Origin: Eledone cirrhosa
Taxonomy: Eukaryota
NCBI GenBank assembly: GCA_964016885.1
Contig: OZ024747.1
Coordinates: 38,502,001 to 38,566,000 of the forward strand
Direction of reading: 5' to 3'
DNA: 64,000 nt
The notes under the pieces were generated by a model. It was not told the origin of the DNA. It saw only the letters and a list, made by a program, of their open reading frames with translations, and did no database searches. The translations under genes and the position numbers were made by a program. How positions within the stretch are numbered: position 1 is the stretch's first letter; every line of letters begins with the position of its first letter. Positions 43,428 through 57,741 of the stretch are shown here, in pieces.

Positions 43428-44249
43428 TATACATATATACACATGCATGTGTACATAGACACATACATACACATCAATATACACTCGTACAAAAATATAC
43501 ATACATGCAAAGAGATAAGCGTGCTAATTGTAATTATGGCAAAAAGAAGGTAAAGTTACATTGTAGTAGTGATATGCGAAAAATTAGGATTTAGGATCAA
43601 ATGATGGCAGCAGCTGAAAAGGAATAAGTTTGTTGGTAGATGAGGTACTTACAGACAATTATGTGGTATAGACTTGTGAAGGATATAGTATACTTAATGA
43701 ATATATTTCTGTGGGTAGTAGGTATCCTAATTTAAAGCTAACTTATGTTGGTTCGATTCACGGAGGTTTGAATCTTATGAATTTAATGGCAATTCTATGT
43801 CTGCAGAAGATAGATCTTTCTAACTTATTGTTAAGTAGCCTTTTTACATTTTTAAGGATATACAATAGCTCAAGATCACATAGCCCGCAGTGGGACATCC
43901 CTGTACTATAGGTTTTAGCAGCCGACAACTTCGACCAGTTGATACTGTAGTTAGTGCTGCTGTCCTTCAATTCCCATATTTTTTTGGCGAGGGTTGTGGA
44001 ACCCATAGGTGCACGGTTTTTCATTGAGTGTCTGTGCATATACCATCTTTTTTTAAAAGAACCCGCGGTGGATCCTATGTAATTCCAGCTGGAGTTACCC
44101 GAGATCACCGTGCACATGTACACCAGGCTCGAATCGAGACATCTGTTCGCCAATGGGCACCTATCTGGGAGGTGACAGTTACAGTTTGAGGCGCTATTTT
44201 GTGCAGCTTTTACATTCCCGTTTAGTACTCTGTTATAAGTGGGTTGTGA

Positions 44250-44515
44250 TATAATTGTCTGTAAGTACCTCATCTACCAACAAACTTATTCCTTCTCAGC
44301 TGCTGCCATTATTTGATCCTAAATCCTAGTTTTTCTCATATCACTACTACAATGTAACTTTACCTTTTTTTTGCCATAATTACAATTAGCACGCTTATCT
44401 CTTTGCATGTATGTATATTATGGTACGAGTGTATATTGTTGTGTATGTATGTGTCTATGTACACATGCATGGGTCTATGTACACATGCATGTGTCTATGA
44501 ACACATGCATGTGTA

Positions 44516-44587
<72 letters not shown>

Positions 44588-44784
44588 CGTGTGTGTGTGT
44601 ATGTGTGTGTGTGTGTGTGTGCGTAAATATATGCGTATATTACTTCGTTAACCTCTGTATTAACTCAACAACTATTTAGCTTTGACAATGTTGTCCCACT
44701 CATGTATACTATTGAAGATGAAGAGAAAGACTGTAAACACTAGCTTAACTTGGTGGACAGCATTTAACTATTATTTGTTACCCC

Positions 44785-44786
<2 letters not shown>
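44250..44786 (+). repeat. Inverted family 6 tail fragment plus short inverted leader fragment
   Basis: 44250-44746 mirrors ~43190-43662; 44747-44786 mirrors ~42580-42622. Confidence 0.85.
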
Positions 44787-44844
<58 letters not shown>

Positions 44845-44846
<2 letters not shown>

Positions 44847-47800
44847 GATATTAAATAAATGGAAACTATATTTATAAAACCATATTTATTTCATTATATA
44901 TATTTCAGTGATATCATATTAACAATATGTTATGCCTTCTTCAGACAAAATACAATATAGACAGTTTTATAGATAAATAGATTTGACATACCGTTCAACA
45001 TCGACTTGTATTTGAAAAAGTTGATTTGGCAGTGAAAAATTGTAAACAGAAAGAAAGAAAGAAAGAAGGAAAGAAGGAGAAAAAGAAGAAAAAAGAAAAA
45101 AGAAAAAAGAAAAAAGAAAAAAGAAAAAGAAGAAATGCATGCAACAAAATAGAGAGATGGAAAGATAGATAAAGAGAAGAACTTCATGTAAAGAAACAGA
45201 GAGAGAGATATATAGAGAGAGGAAATAGATAGAGATAGATATATATAGAGAAAAGTAGGTAGTTGCATGACGTATCAATGATACATTTATTTATTTATTT
45301 ATTTATTTAGCTCTAGTATTAATGTAAGGGAAATATATGTGGTTAGGAAAGAAACCAGCCGTTATATAGAGAGAAAAATGAAAAGTAACCAGACATAGGC
45401 GAGGCAGAATTTAAAAACCCTATGTTTTAATGTTCGTATAAAAACCAGGCACTATAATGTAAATATCAGTATTCCTGAATGAGACACGTATCTATAATGT
45501 GTGAAAAGTAATGATCTTATGTCTAGTTTTAAAAACTCATATGTTTATATGATAATTACAAACATCGATGTGAATTTACGTGATCAACTCTGCAAACCCC
45601 TATTTCACATGGAGAACATTCTCATTGTGCTATACAAATTTAAGTATACATATATGTGTATATATACACATATATATAGAGTCTATATTAATTTTAACAA
45701 TACTATTCATGTCTTTATTCTACATGATTATCTATCAAGCAGAAATAGAGAACAGATTTCAATATATTAATAAAAATATCAGAAACAAAAACAAAAAGTA
45801 ATAATAATAATAATAATAAAAATAATAAACAAATAAATAAAATAGAAAACTAAAAAATCTTACATATTAAAAATAAAAATATTAAAAATATTAAAAATTA
45901 AAAATATTAAAAGATATATAAAAATATTAAAAAATATTAAAATAATAAAAATAAAAACATAATATACCACGCAAATCGACCACAAAGATCAACCCTTCAA
46001 AATTAATTGACAATATATTGCCAAGTTCATTATAAGCATCAGAGTCGAAAACAGATAAAGCTAAAAATTACCTACCAAATCGCGTCTAGCAGAAATCATT
46101 TCAAAAGTTTAGGATGCCCATTTGGTCTACATATGTTCTTATATTTAATATAGAAGTTTATCTAGTGTAACGTTTATTCGATATATTTGGAGCATCAACT
46201 TTTAGGGTAGTTTAATTTTTCATGGAGAATGTTTAAAATAAAAATTAAAATAAAAAATAAAAAGAAGAATAAAAAGAAGAAATCGAAAGATTTATCGGCT
46301 AGTTTCCCAAATAATTACAAATCAAACTAAATATACTACATTTTAAATTTAAATTTATATTTAAAGGTTGAGTTCAATCTATGTTTGCAGCAACTGAATA
46401 AATTTGTCCGTAGATTAAGGGAATTTTTAGATTTTAGTATAAAGAATATCTCCTCCGCGCAGAGGTCACATGTCTCAGAGGATGAATTAAAAGGAATCCC
46501 TCTTGAGACTATATTACAAGCCGTCGAATATCTAACGTTATCTTGCCTAAGTTGCCAGAGTACGCCTGATAGTGCTGTTGAAGATTTTTTTGCTTGGATC
46601 TGTGAAAGAATTCTTGTGGTTATTATAGCGAAGTTTAAATTCCGTCGATGTGGAACCGACGTAGTTAAAATAATTAGAGTCCGTTTTAACATTACAGTTG
46701 TATATTATATTTTTAACTAAGCAGTTGTTATTTAACGGACATTTAGATCTATCTCTACAGTTACATTTGTTAACTTGTATATTATTTATGCTATTATCGC
46801 TAGGTTTTAAGTTCCTATTATTTATTCTATTAATATTTTGTGCTAAATTTTTGGTGGATGAGTAGGTTAATTTTATAGTATGTCTATTGAAAATTGAGTG
46901 ATACCTATGTGTTCTAGGGAAGCGATTATCAAGAGCTTTAAAAAATAGTTTAGCGATGTGGGTTTTAATGTTTAGTGAGAAAGGGGGGGGGCAAACCATA
47001 TTATGTTCCTAGTTCTATTTCTTTTTTGGCTTTTGGAATTATTGTAATGCTTTCTATTATAGTTGTTAAGGTTGTGGCCGTAATTAAAATAGTTGTTATT
47101 TTGTTTAGTTTGTCTATCATTATCTATGTACATAATCTTATCACTATATCCTGCTTTAGCTAACGCTTCATTGTAGTACTGGGCTTTTTCGTCGAAAATC
47201 TTTCTATCAGACGAGATTCTAGAGATACGTTTTTGAACAGAGTTTACTATAGTGTTTTTGACAGATCTGGGGTGGTTAGAGTTAAAGCTGACATAGTTTA
47301 AGTTTTCATTCAACTTGTGAAATGGATAGTGAAGACATGTGTTGAGATTTAATGTTATATCTAGGAAATTGACTATTCTATGGTTGTTCTCAATTTCTAT
47401 TTTTAGATTAAAGTAATTAAAAAATTGTGTAATTTGTTTTCTTTTTCTATTTAGTTCAGAGTTATTATTATCAATAAGTAAAAGCATGTCATCTCTATAT
47501 AAACCTCCGGTAGTACCAGGTATTTTCCTATGTAGCGAATTGATTCACAAGGTCAGTTACCTGAGCTGAGTCGGATGATCCCATAGTAATGTCAAAATTG
47601 CTATCTCTATCTGCTCTGGTCCATAGTTGGTCATTAAATTCTATCAATGTTTTCCTAGCCGATAATATAATGTGCATTTCATTTGTAGTTAGGTCTGTAT
47701 GTTTGAATGCGTAATTTAGTGCCTTATTTAGTAGATTAGGGGTAATAGAAGAATAATAGTTAGAAATATCAAGTTGAATAAACTTATTATTATTGTTATA

Positions 47801-48679
47801 TTTAATTTGCTTAAACCACTCAACAACCTCTCCAGTTCCCTTCCACAAGCTCAGGTTAGATAAACAATCCAAGTTTTTAATTTGCTGTATCACCCTGTCA
47901 AGAATGTTTTTGCTTAATTTGCCCAGGTCCGATTTTGATGGTGCGATCAATCTAACTGGCAAGTCATTTTCAAAATTCCTTTTGTGATCTTTCATATTGA
48001 TCTTCGGTTTCCTGGGCACGAAAGGTTGTGTTCTGTTCTCAATTTCCAACTCGTGCATTATACAAGATGCATCAACATTTATTTTCTCAAGCTCGGCCTT
48101 ATCTGCTACCTTGTACTTTTTCCTCAGTTCCTTCAATATGAGGCCATTATACATGTCTTTCTGCACTCCATAGAGGTTGTTGGTCTTGTCAGATTTCACC
48201 AAGATCTTCTCAGTTTTCTCTAAGCTCTCAATATTATCCTTAATGCCTTTCAGATATTCCTGGCCTTTGAAGTTTCTCTTGAATTTGACCCCTTGTATGA
48301 TAGAAATTATATCGTTTTCAAAGTCAGATAAAAGTTTGTTAGGGGGTGGATTTCTTTTAGATTTGAAAACTTTGTTTAAGTGCGAGACATTTTCATTTAT
48401 ATTAGATTTATCAAAGTGGAATGCTCGCCACCTGATTCTCCTTATAAAAGAGTCAGATTTATCTATTAATTGTTTTATAAAGTCTTTGTTTCTAGGTAGA
48501 GGTATGTCTTTTAAAGAGGAAGTAATCTTAAAGAATTCCATTTTTTCAGTTATAATATAAAGCGCTCAACAGTATTGGAGCAAGATACATGGAAAGTTAT
48601 ATTTAAATTGTTGGGTTACAACTAGTAAATATTTATAACTGATATAAAAACACTCAACAAGTATTTGGAGTATATTTTT
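44845..48679 (-). mobile_element. Full-length Naiad-type PLE family 7, left arm of palindrome (ORF 46336-48541 frameshifted)
   Basis: Reverse complement of ~48870-52720; extra 11-nt deletion near 47547. Confidence 0.93.
44887..44952 (-). ncRNA. Hammerhead ribozyme family 7
   Basis: Reverse complement of 52615-52680 with one stem II change. Confidence 0.75.
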
Positions 48680-48761
48680 CACTGCCAAATCAACTTTTTC
48701 AAATACAAGTCGATGTTGAACGGTATGTCAAATCTATTTATCTATAAAACTGTCTATATTG

Positions 48762-48827
48762 TATTTTGTCTGAAGAAGGCATAACATATTGTTAATATGA
48801 TATCCCTGAAATATATATAATGAAATA
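48762..48827 (+). ncRNA. Hammerhead ribozyme family 7 (5' pLTR)
   Basis: tattttgt-CTGAAGA-agg..catatt/aatatg..cct-GAA-atatatat-A-atgaaata. Confidence 0.8.
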
Positions 48828-49006
48828 AATATGGTTTTATAAATATAGTTTCCATTTATTTAATATCGTAAATATACTCCAAATACTTGTTGAGTGTTTT
48901 TATATCAGTTATAAATATTTACTCGTTGTTAACCCAACAATTTAAATATAACTTTCCATGTATCTTGCTCCAATACTGTTGAGCGCTTTATATTATAACT
49001 GAAAAA

Positions 49007-51226
49007 ATGGAATTCTTTAAGATTACTTCCTCTTTAAAAGACATACCTCTACCTAGAAACAAAGACTTTATAAAACAATTAATAGATAAATCTGACTCTT
49101 TTATAAGGAGAATCAGGTGGCGAGCATTCCACTTTGATAAATCTAATATAAATGAAAATGTCTCGCACTTAAACAAAGTTTTCAAATCTAAAAGAAATCC
49201 ACCCCCTAACAAACTTTTATCTGACTTTGAAAACGATATAATTTCTATCATACAAGGGGTCAAATTCAAGAGAAACTTCAAAGGCCAGGAATATCTGAAA
49301 GGCATTAAGGATAATATTGAGAGCTTAGAGAAAACTGAGAAGATCTTGGTGAAATCTGACAAGACCAACAACCTCTATGGAGTGCAGAAAGACATGTATA
49401 ATGGCCTCATATTGAAGGAACTGAGGAAAAAGTACAAGGTAGCAGATAAGGCCGAGCTTGAGAAAATAAATGTTGATGCATCTTGTATAATGCACGAGTT
49501 GGAAATTGAGAACAGAACACAACCTTTCGTGCCCAGGAAACCGAAGATCAATATGAAAGATCACAAAAGAAATTTTGAAAATGACTTGCCAGTTAGATTG
49601 ATCGCACCATCAAAATCGGACCTGGGCAAATTAAGCAAAAACATTCTTGACAGGGTGATACAGCAAATTAAAAACTTGGATTGTTTATCTAACCTGAGCT
49701 TGTGGAAGGGAACTGGAGAGGTTGTTGAGTGGTTTAAGCAAATTAAATATAACAATAATAATAAGTTTATTCAACTTGATATTGCTAACTATTATTCTTC
49801 TATTACCCCTAATCTACTAAATAAGGCACTAAATTACGCATTCAAACATACAGACCTAACTAGCAATGAAATGCACATTATATTATCGGCTAGGAAAACA
49901 TTGATAGAATTTAATGACCAACTATGGACCAGAGCAGATAGAGATAGCAATTCTGACATTACTATGGGATCATCCGACTCAGCTCAGGTAACTGACCTTG
50001 TGGGCTTATTTTTAATCAATTCGCTACATAGGAAAATACCTGGTACTACCAGAGGTTTATATAGAGATGACATGCTTTTACTTATTGATAATAATAACTC
50101 TGAACTAAATAGAAAAAGAAAACAAATTACACAATTTTTTAATTACTTTAATCTAAAAATAGAAATTGAGAACAACCATAGAATAGTCAATTTCCTAGAT
50201 ATAACATTAAATCTCAACACATGTCTTCACTATCCATTTCACAAGTTGAATGAAAACTTAAACTATGTCAGCTTTAACTCTAACCACCCCAGATCTGTCA
50301 AAAACACTATAGTAAACTCTGTTCAAAAACGTATCTCTAGAATCTCGTCTGATAGAAAGATTTTCGACGAAAAAGCCCAGTACTACAATGAAGCGTTAGC
50401 TAAAGCAGGATATAGTGATAAGATTATGTACATAGATAATGATAGACAAACTAAACAAAATAACAACTATTTTAATTACGGCCACAACCTTAACAACTAT
50501 AATAGAAAGCATTACAATAATTCCAAAAGCCAAAAAAGAAATAGAACTAGGAACATAATATGGTTTGCCCCCCCCCCCCTTTCTCACTAAACATTAAAAC
50601 CCACATCGCTAAACTATTTTTTAAAGCTCTTGATAATCGCTTCCCTAGAACACATAGGTATCACTCAATTTTCAATAGACATACTATAAAATTAACCTAC
50701 TCATCCACCAAAAATGTAGCACAAAATATTAATAGAATAAATAATAGGAACTTAAAACCTAGCGATAATAGCATAAATAATATACAAGTTAACAAATGTA
50801 ACTGTAGAGATAGATCTAAATGTCCGTTAAATAACAACTGCTTAGTTAAAAATATAATATACAACTGTAATGTTAAAACGGACTCTAATTATTTTAACTA
50901 CGTCGGTTCCACATCGACGGAATTTAAACTTCGCTATAATAACCACAAGAATTCTTTCACAGATCCAAGCAAAAAAATCTTCAACAGCACTATCAGGCGT
51001 ACTCTGGCAACTTAGGCAAGATAACGTTAGATATTCGACGGCTTGTAATATAGTCTCAAGAGGGATTCCTTTTAATTCATCCTCTGAGACATGTGACCTC
51101 TGCGCGGAGGAGATATTCTTTATACTAAAATCTAAAAATTCCCTTAATCTACGGACAAATTTATTCAGTTGCTGCAAACATAGATTGAACTCAACCTTTA
51201 AATATAAATTTAAATTTAAAATGTAG
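49007..51226 (+). pseudogene. Naiad RT + GIY-YIG ORF split by two homopolymer frameshifts
   Basis: ORFs 49007-50590, 50560-51015, 50870-51226; GLYRDD intact; shifts at C12 (~50568) and A7 (~50971). Confidence 0.92.
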
Positions 51227-52614
51227 TATATTTAGTTTGATTTGTAATTATTTGGGAAACTAGCCGATAAATCTTTCGATTTCTTCTTTTTATTCTTCTT
51301 TTTATTTTTTATTTTAATTTTTATTTTAAACATTCTCCATGAAAAATTAAACTACCCTAAAAGTTGATGCTCCAAATATATCGAATAAACGTTACACTAG
51401 ATAAACTTCTATATTAAATATAAGAACATATGTAGACCAAATGGGCATCCTAAACTTTTGAAATGATTTCTGCTAGACGCGATTTGGTAGATAATTTTTA
51501 GCTTTATCTGTTTTCGACTCTGATGCTTATAATGAACTTGGCAATATATTGTCAATTAATTTTGAAGGGTTGATCTTTGTGGTCGATTTGCGTGGTATAT
51601 TATGTTTTTATTTTTATTATTTTAATATTTTTTAATATTTTTATATATCTTTTAATATTTTTAATTTTTAATATTTTTAATATTTTTATTTTTAATATGT
51701 AAGATTTTTTAGTTTTCTATTTTATTTATTTGTTTATTATTTTTATTATTATTATTATTATTACTTTTTGTTTTTGTTTCTGATATTTTTATTAATATAT
51801 TGAAATCTGTTCTCTATTTCTGCTTGATAGATAATCATGTAGAATAAAGACATGAATAGTATTGTTAAAATTAATATAGACTCTATATATATGTGTATAT
51901 ATACACATATATGTATACTTAAATTTTTATAGCACAATGAGAATGTTCTCCATGTGAAATAGGGGTTTGCAGAGTTGATCACGTAAAATCACATCGATGT
52001 TTGTAATTATCATATAAACATATGAGTTTTTAAAACTAGACATAAGATCATTACTTTTCACACATTATAGATACGTGTCTCATTCAGGAATACTGATATT
52101 TACATTATAGTGCCTGGTTTTTATACGAACTAATATCTCTACATTAAAACATAGGGTTTTTAAATTCTGCCTCGCCTATGTCTGGTTACTTTTCATTTTT
52201 CCGTCTATATAACGGCTGGTTTCTTTCCTAACCACATATATCTCCCTTACATTAATACTAGAGCTAAATAAATAAATAAATAAATAAATGTATCATTGAT
52301 ACGTCATGCAACTACCTACTTTTCTCTATATATATCTATCTCTATCTATTTCCTCTCTCTATATCTATCTCTCTCTGTTTCTTTACATGAAGTTCTTCTC
52401 TTTATCTATCTTTCCATCTCTCTATTTTGTTGCATGCATTTCTTCTTTTTCTTTTTTCTTTTTTCTTTTTTCTTTTTTCTTCTTTTTCTCCTTCTTTCCT
52501 TCTTTCTTTCTTTCTTTCTGTTTACAATTTTTCACTGCCAAATCAACTTTTTCAAATACAAGTCGATGTTGAACGGTATGTCAAATCTATTTATCTATAA
52601 AACTGTCTATATTA

Positions 52615-52680
52615 TATTTTGTCTGAAGAAGGCATAACATATTGTTAATATGATATCCCTGAAATATATATAATGAAATA
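52615..52680 (+). ncRNA. Hammerhead ribozyme family 7 (3' pLTR)
   Basis: Same as 48762-48827. Confidence 0.8.
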
Positions 52681-52807
52681 AATATGGTTTTATAAATATA
52701 GTTTCCATTTATTTAATATCGTAAATATACTCCAAATACTTGTTGAGTGCTTTTATATCAGTTATAAATATTTACTAGTTGTAACCCAACAATTTAAATA
52801 TAACTTT

Positions 52808-53170
<363 letters not shown>

Positions 53171-53386
53171 TATATATATAAATGAATATATCATTTATTT
53201 TGCCTGTCCTGTTTAGCTTGACTTGTTTGGCTCAGGTGGTTAATGGCTTCTTGACCGCCTTCTCAGTTTGTATGGCCTTTATAACCTATGTTTATTGCTC
53301 TGGTCTTTTTTATCCCATGGACCGCTTGCCATGGAATTTGCGTTACGTTTCGCTTTTTCTACCCGCCGAAATGCGATACTTGCTGA

Positions 53387-53454
<68 letters not shown>

Positions 53455-53460
<6 letters not shown>

Positions 53461-54700
53461 ATACTTTGGGAGGGTCATGTTGCCAATAAGAATGTTTCAC
53501 TGCAATTAATTATAATACATCAGATGTTTCACTGCAATTAATTATAATACATTTATAAATTTCCGGCTGGTTGGTTGGTTCCACAACCAGATGATTGTTC
53601 ATATATTGTCAAAGTTCTTTCGACACACATTCTGTGACCTCTTCAGTGACTGGGGATTCTTTTCTTTGTTTTTGTGCCTCTCCTTTGTTCTGTCCTATGC
53701 TATCTTGTTTTTGTGTGTGTTGTGTGCATAGTTTTCGCATGTGTTACATCCGGGTGTCTGTGTGTGTTTATATTTATTTATTTATGTGTTTATTTACATG
53801 TTACTGGTTCGTTGTTTCTTTTATGTGTGTGTTTTCATTTTGTCCTTAATTGTAAGTTGTGATGTTGCTGTTCCATTCATGTTTTCTATTTAATTTTGGT
53901 TGGAGTTCATTTATGTTTATTGATCCTGAGATTTGTCTAAACATTGCGTCTTTTCTGTGTGTAGATTCTATTTTTATTTCTATGTTCTCTAATTTACCCT
54001 TATGTTCTACTTTAGCATGTTGGTAGAGTACAGATGATTCTTTACTACCTTGAAGCTCTCGCCAGTGTTCATTTATCCGTTCCCCTATACTACGAGCTAT
54101 GTACACTATATTCTCATCTCTACATTGTCCTTCAGTACATCTTATGCTATATACTACATGTCTAGTTTTTCAGTTAATATGGGGGCTTAATTTACAGATT
54201 ATACATTTCTTATCTATACAGGGAGGGTTTTGAAAAGGGTATGTATTGCTAATAAGTGTTTTTATGGAGGTACCTGGTCTTTCTACTATCTTAATATTGC
54301 GTTTATATTTATCTAGGGCCCTTCTAAATTTGTAAGCTAATTCACCTCTAGGGGTTGTATCGATGAACATTAAACTCTGGTATTTATTGCTATCATACCA
54401 TGAGTTTATTCTATTAACCTTATTCCTAGTTCTTTCTATTCTAATCCAAAATTTGCTCCTATACAAGGGGCAGGTCCCATTTGTGTCATTATTTACCATT
54501 TTTTCCCATTTGGTTCTGGCTCCTCTATATACTCTGATTTTATCTCTCTGATTGTAACCAGAGAACTGCATACGGTGGATGAAGTGTTGTATGTGTCACT
54601 CTAGTTCATTGGAGTTGCACATGCGGGACACGTTTCTCATCACCCGTACCAAATCCGCAATCAGTGTGTTGATTTCGGTATGGTCCGAAACAGCTGAGTT
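53455..54700 (-). mobile_element. 5'-truncated PLE family 1 copy b (thumb, linker, GIY-YIG, pLTR)
   Basis: ORFs 54170-54571 and 53846-54106 are in frame across one TGA; homologous to 3597-4830. Confidence 0.85.
53608..53650 (-). ncRNA. Minimal hammerhead ribozyme family 1
   Basis: gtca-CTGAAGA-ggtcacagaatgtgtgtc-GAA-agaact-T-tgac. Confidence 0.7.
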
Positions 54701-54704
54701 TCTA

Positions 54705-55057
54705 CAAATAGAATCTACACACAGAAAAGACGCAATGTTTAGACAAATCACAGAGGCAATAAACATAAATGAATTCCAACCAAATTAAATAGAAATCATG
54801 AATGGAACAGCAACATCACAACTTACAATTAAGGACAAAATGTAAACACACACACACACCTAGAACAAACAACCAACCAGTAACATGTAAATAAACAAAT
54901 AAATAAACAAATATAAACACACACAGACACCCGGATGTAACACATGCGCAAACTGAGCACACAACACACACAAAAACAAGATGGCATAGGACAGAACAAA
55001 GGAGAAACACAAAAACAAAGAAAAGAATCCCCAGTCACTGAAGAGGTCACAGAATGT
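54705..55057 (+). repeat. Inverted tail of family 1 copy b
   Basis: Reverse complement of ~53627-53973; stops inside hammerhead stem II. Confidence 0.9.
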
Positions 55058-55126
55058 CTCTCATCTCTATATAAACAATGGTTGATATTAAAGATGGTTT
55101 CAATTTGTAAACCTCGGTTTATTCAG

Positions 55127-55164
<38 letters not shown>

Positions 55165-55435
55165 TATATTGTCTTTAAAGCGTAGAAATATCCGAGACCC
55201 CTAGTAGACAACTGATGTGCCCCACCCCTCTTGCTTTCTTCGTATTCTCACTGCATTTTAAGTTACCTTATATAGCAACTACACAGCCATTTCTACTCTC
55301 CATACATTTCATCATGTTTTCGCTGTGACCATTCTTCTCTCCTCTTCTCCCTACCTATTTCGCTACTTTCTACTCTCACCCCTCTTTCTTCGACTCCCTT
55401 TCTCCCTATCTACTGAATCAATTGCCTCTATTTGT

Positions 55436-56204
55436 AGAGTATTTGCATAATGTTAACAACATGAATGGAGTACATCAATAATTAAGCAATATCATTTTTA
55501 ATAATCATAATTATGTCTCTAACTTAAGAAGAAGAATTGGTTGAAGATTTCATGATGGAAATCAGCAATGTGCTCATGCATTTTGGAAAGAACTCTCTCT
55601 ACATTTGGACTTGGTATTTAGATAAAATTTTCAATTTATTCAAACTGATCATACTAGATGCATCCGATTGCATCAAACAAATTGCCAAGCTTTAAATAAC
55701 AATGTTTGCAATTGTAATTCAAGACCTGGATGTGGTATAGAATCTGAACTTCCATTTCAAATAAAAGAGGATTTGATATTAAATCATATTAATGGCACAC
55801 AACAATTTAAATCTCTACTTTCAACAACAAATACTTTGACTAAATACTGTGATACTTGTTCTGAAAATACTGAGAATCAAATAACTTCAAGAATTGAATT
55901 TACTAACGATTTCAAATATCTTGACATCACAATTAGTAGATCTTTGTTTGAAGAGAACAAAGAATTAATTGTGATATTATGAACTTTAGCTAAAAAAAGC
56001 AGCAAATATATGACTCAAATTTAACATTAAAAGCTGCTATCCTTCACGAAAGAGTATCATCTACGGCAGGCCATTATACTTGTCTCGTAAAAAAGTGGTG
56101 CTGGAAATTGGGATGAAATTAGTGACAACATTATCAAAAAAAAGCACAATAAATTTCCTCCTAAGTTACCTAATGCGGTTGTATTGTTTATGGAAAAAAT
56201 TTAG
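55436..56204 (+). pseudogene. Decayed, intronless ubiquitin-specific protease (peptidase C19)-like domain
   Basis: Manual translation: RFHDGNQQCAHAFW (QQDAHEF-like, 55563), CxxC, KYLDITISR, LKAAILHE.VSSTAGHYTCLV (His box), WDEISD, AVVLFMEK*; several stops and frameshifts. Confidence 0.62.
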
Positions 56205-56209
56205 ATTTT

Positions 56210-56470
56210 TGATTTTGGACTATTGATCTTGGACTACCAACTTATAATTAGAACTACTGTTAATTCTGGACTACTTCATTTTGTTTTGGACTACTTGCTG
56301 ATTATTTTGGACTAAATGCTGATTCTGGCCTACTTAATTTTAATTTTGACTACTTGCTGCTTAATTTGGACTAAATGCTGATTTTCGACTATATAATTTT
56401 ATTTTCGACTAAATGCTAATTCTTGACTACTTAATTTTATTTTGAACTAACTGCTAATTATGGGCAAATT
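56210..56470. repeat. Degenerate minisatellite (~18-21-bp units around ttttggactacttgctgat)
   Basis: About a dozen recurrences of the (g)gacta core. Confidence 0.8.
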
Positions 56471-57151
56471 ATTGTTGAATTTGAGCTCACTGTTTATTGG
56501 CATTTTATTTATTTACTACTTAATTTTATTTATTTTTGACTCAGTTATTTTAATTGCTTGTTTTTCTAGCATCATTAATAACTTCACTTGTTACGTTAAA
56601 CTATAAATTGATCATTAGAGTATAGTCAATTATAGCTTTGTCTCTATGGGCACACCTGAAGGCTTGCAGTAAGGGTGTTCGGAAAATGCAAATGTCTCTA
56701 TTGATTATATTCTACAAAATACCTTTTCAATTTTAATATTTTGGATTTTATAGAAATATTGAAATGAAAAATTAATTTTTATTGATGAAAAAAGAATAAT
56801 AAGCCTATGACATCACACTTAATCACAAGGAGGTGAAGGTTGTTAAGATGGCATGGAATAGGACGTTTCGGTGCAGGCATTTCTGTGCCAGAGTTTCGGC
56901 ACTGGATAGATTTAGAATAACACAAGAATGACCTAAAGACAACCAAGATAATTTTTTACTTTAATTATTAATTAAATAATTAGAAACGATCTAGAAATCA
57001 CCTTGATTCATTAGGAATGTCCTAGTTAATCTTTGGTGCTAATCTCTAAAAGATAGTCTCTAAAAGATAGTCCTCATAAGAAAGGAACAGTAATCCAGAT
57101 TACCAATCAGAATGATATCGCACTTGATCACTAAATTTTCTTTTTGAAATA

Positions 57152-57270
57152 CTGTTGACTATCTCTAATTGTCACTCAAAGAAACTGTTAAAATGGCTGA
57201 CAATTAGGGAGAGTCACAAAAAATAAAAGTTGGGCCAAAATTGGCGCTGACAATTAGGGAGAGTCAACTG
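57152..57270. mobile_element. Tc1/mariner-type MITE
   Basis: TA-ctgttgactatctctaattgtca...tgacaattagggagagtcaactg-TA; internal third copy of the TIR motif. Confidence 0.8.
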
Positions 57271-57741
57271 TAATTCGATCTTGACAAACTTTTTTAAAAA
57301 TGAAATTAGGTTAATAATTTTAATATGATGACAATTTATGCAAAAATTAGCTCATTACTTTTTACTGTTAATTTCAATTCATTTTGAATGTCAATTTTTA
57401 AAGTAATACAGTATAATTAACCCACTAAAGGGACAAAAAAAAAGTGACAAAAAAAAAACTGACAATTTATGTACAAAAGATTGATGACATTAATTGCATT
57501 TAGTTGGCAAAATGGTGATTGCTGACTTAGGCAAACTGATGACTTAATATCTAATAAATCCCCCAATTCGTTACTATTTCTTATTATCTCTTGGCATTGC
57601 TAATTTTACTGTACATTGAATTCATCAAATTCAAATTCCAGCTTCAACATTTTAAGAGTTAATTCTACTTGTCCTGAACTTTTCCAGGTTTATTATTATT
57701 TAAGAATATTAATAGACATGCGCCCGCATTTTTCGGTCTAG

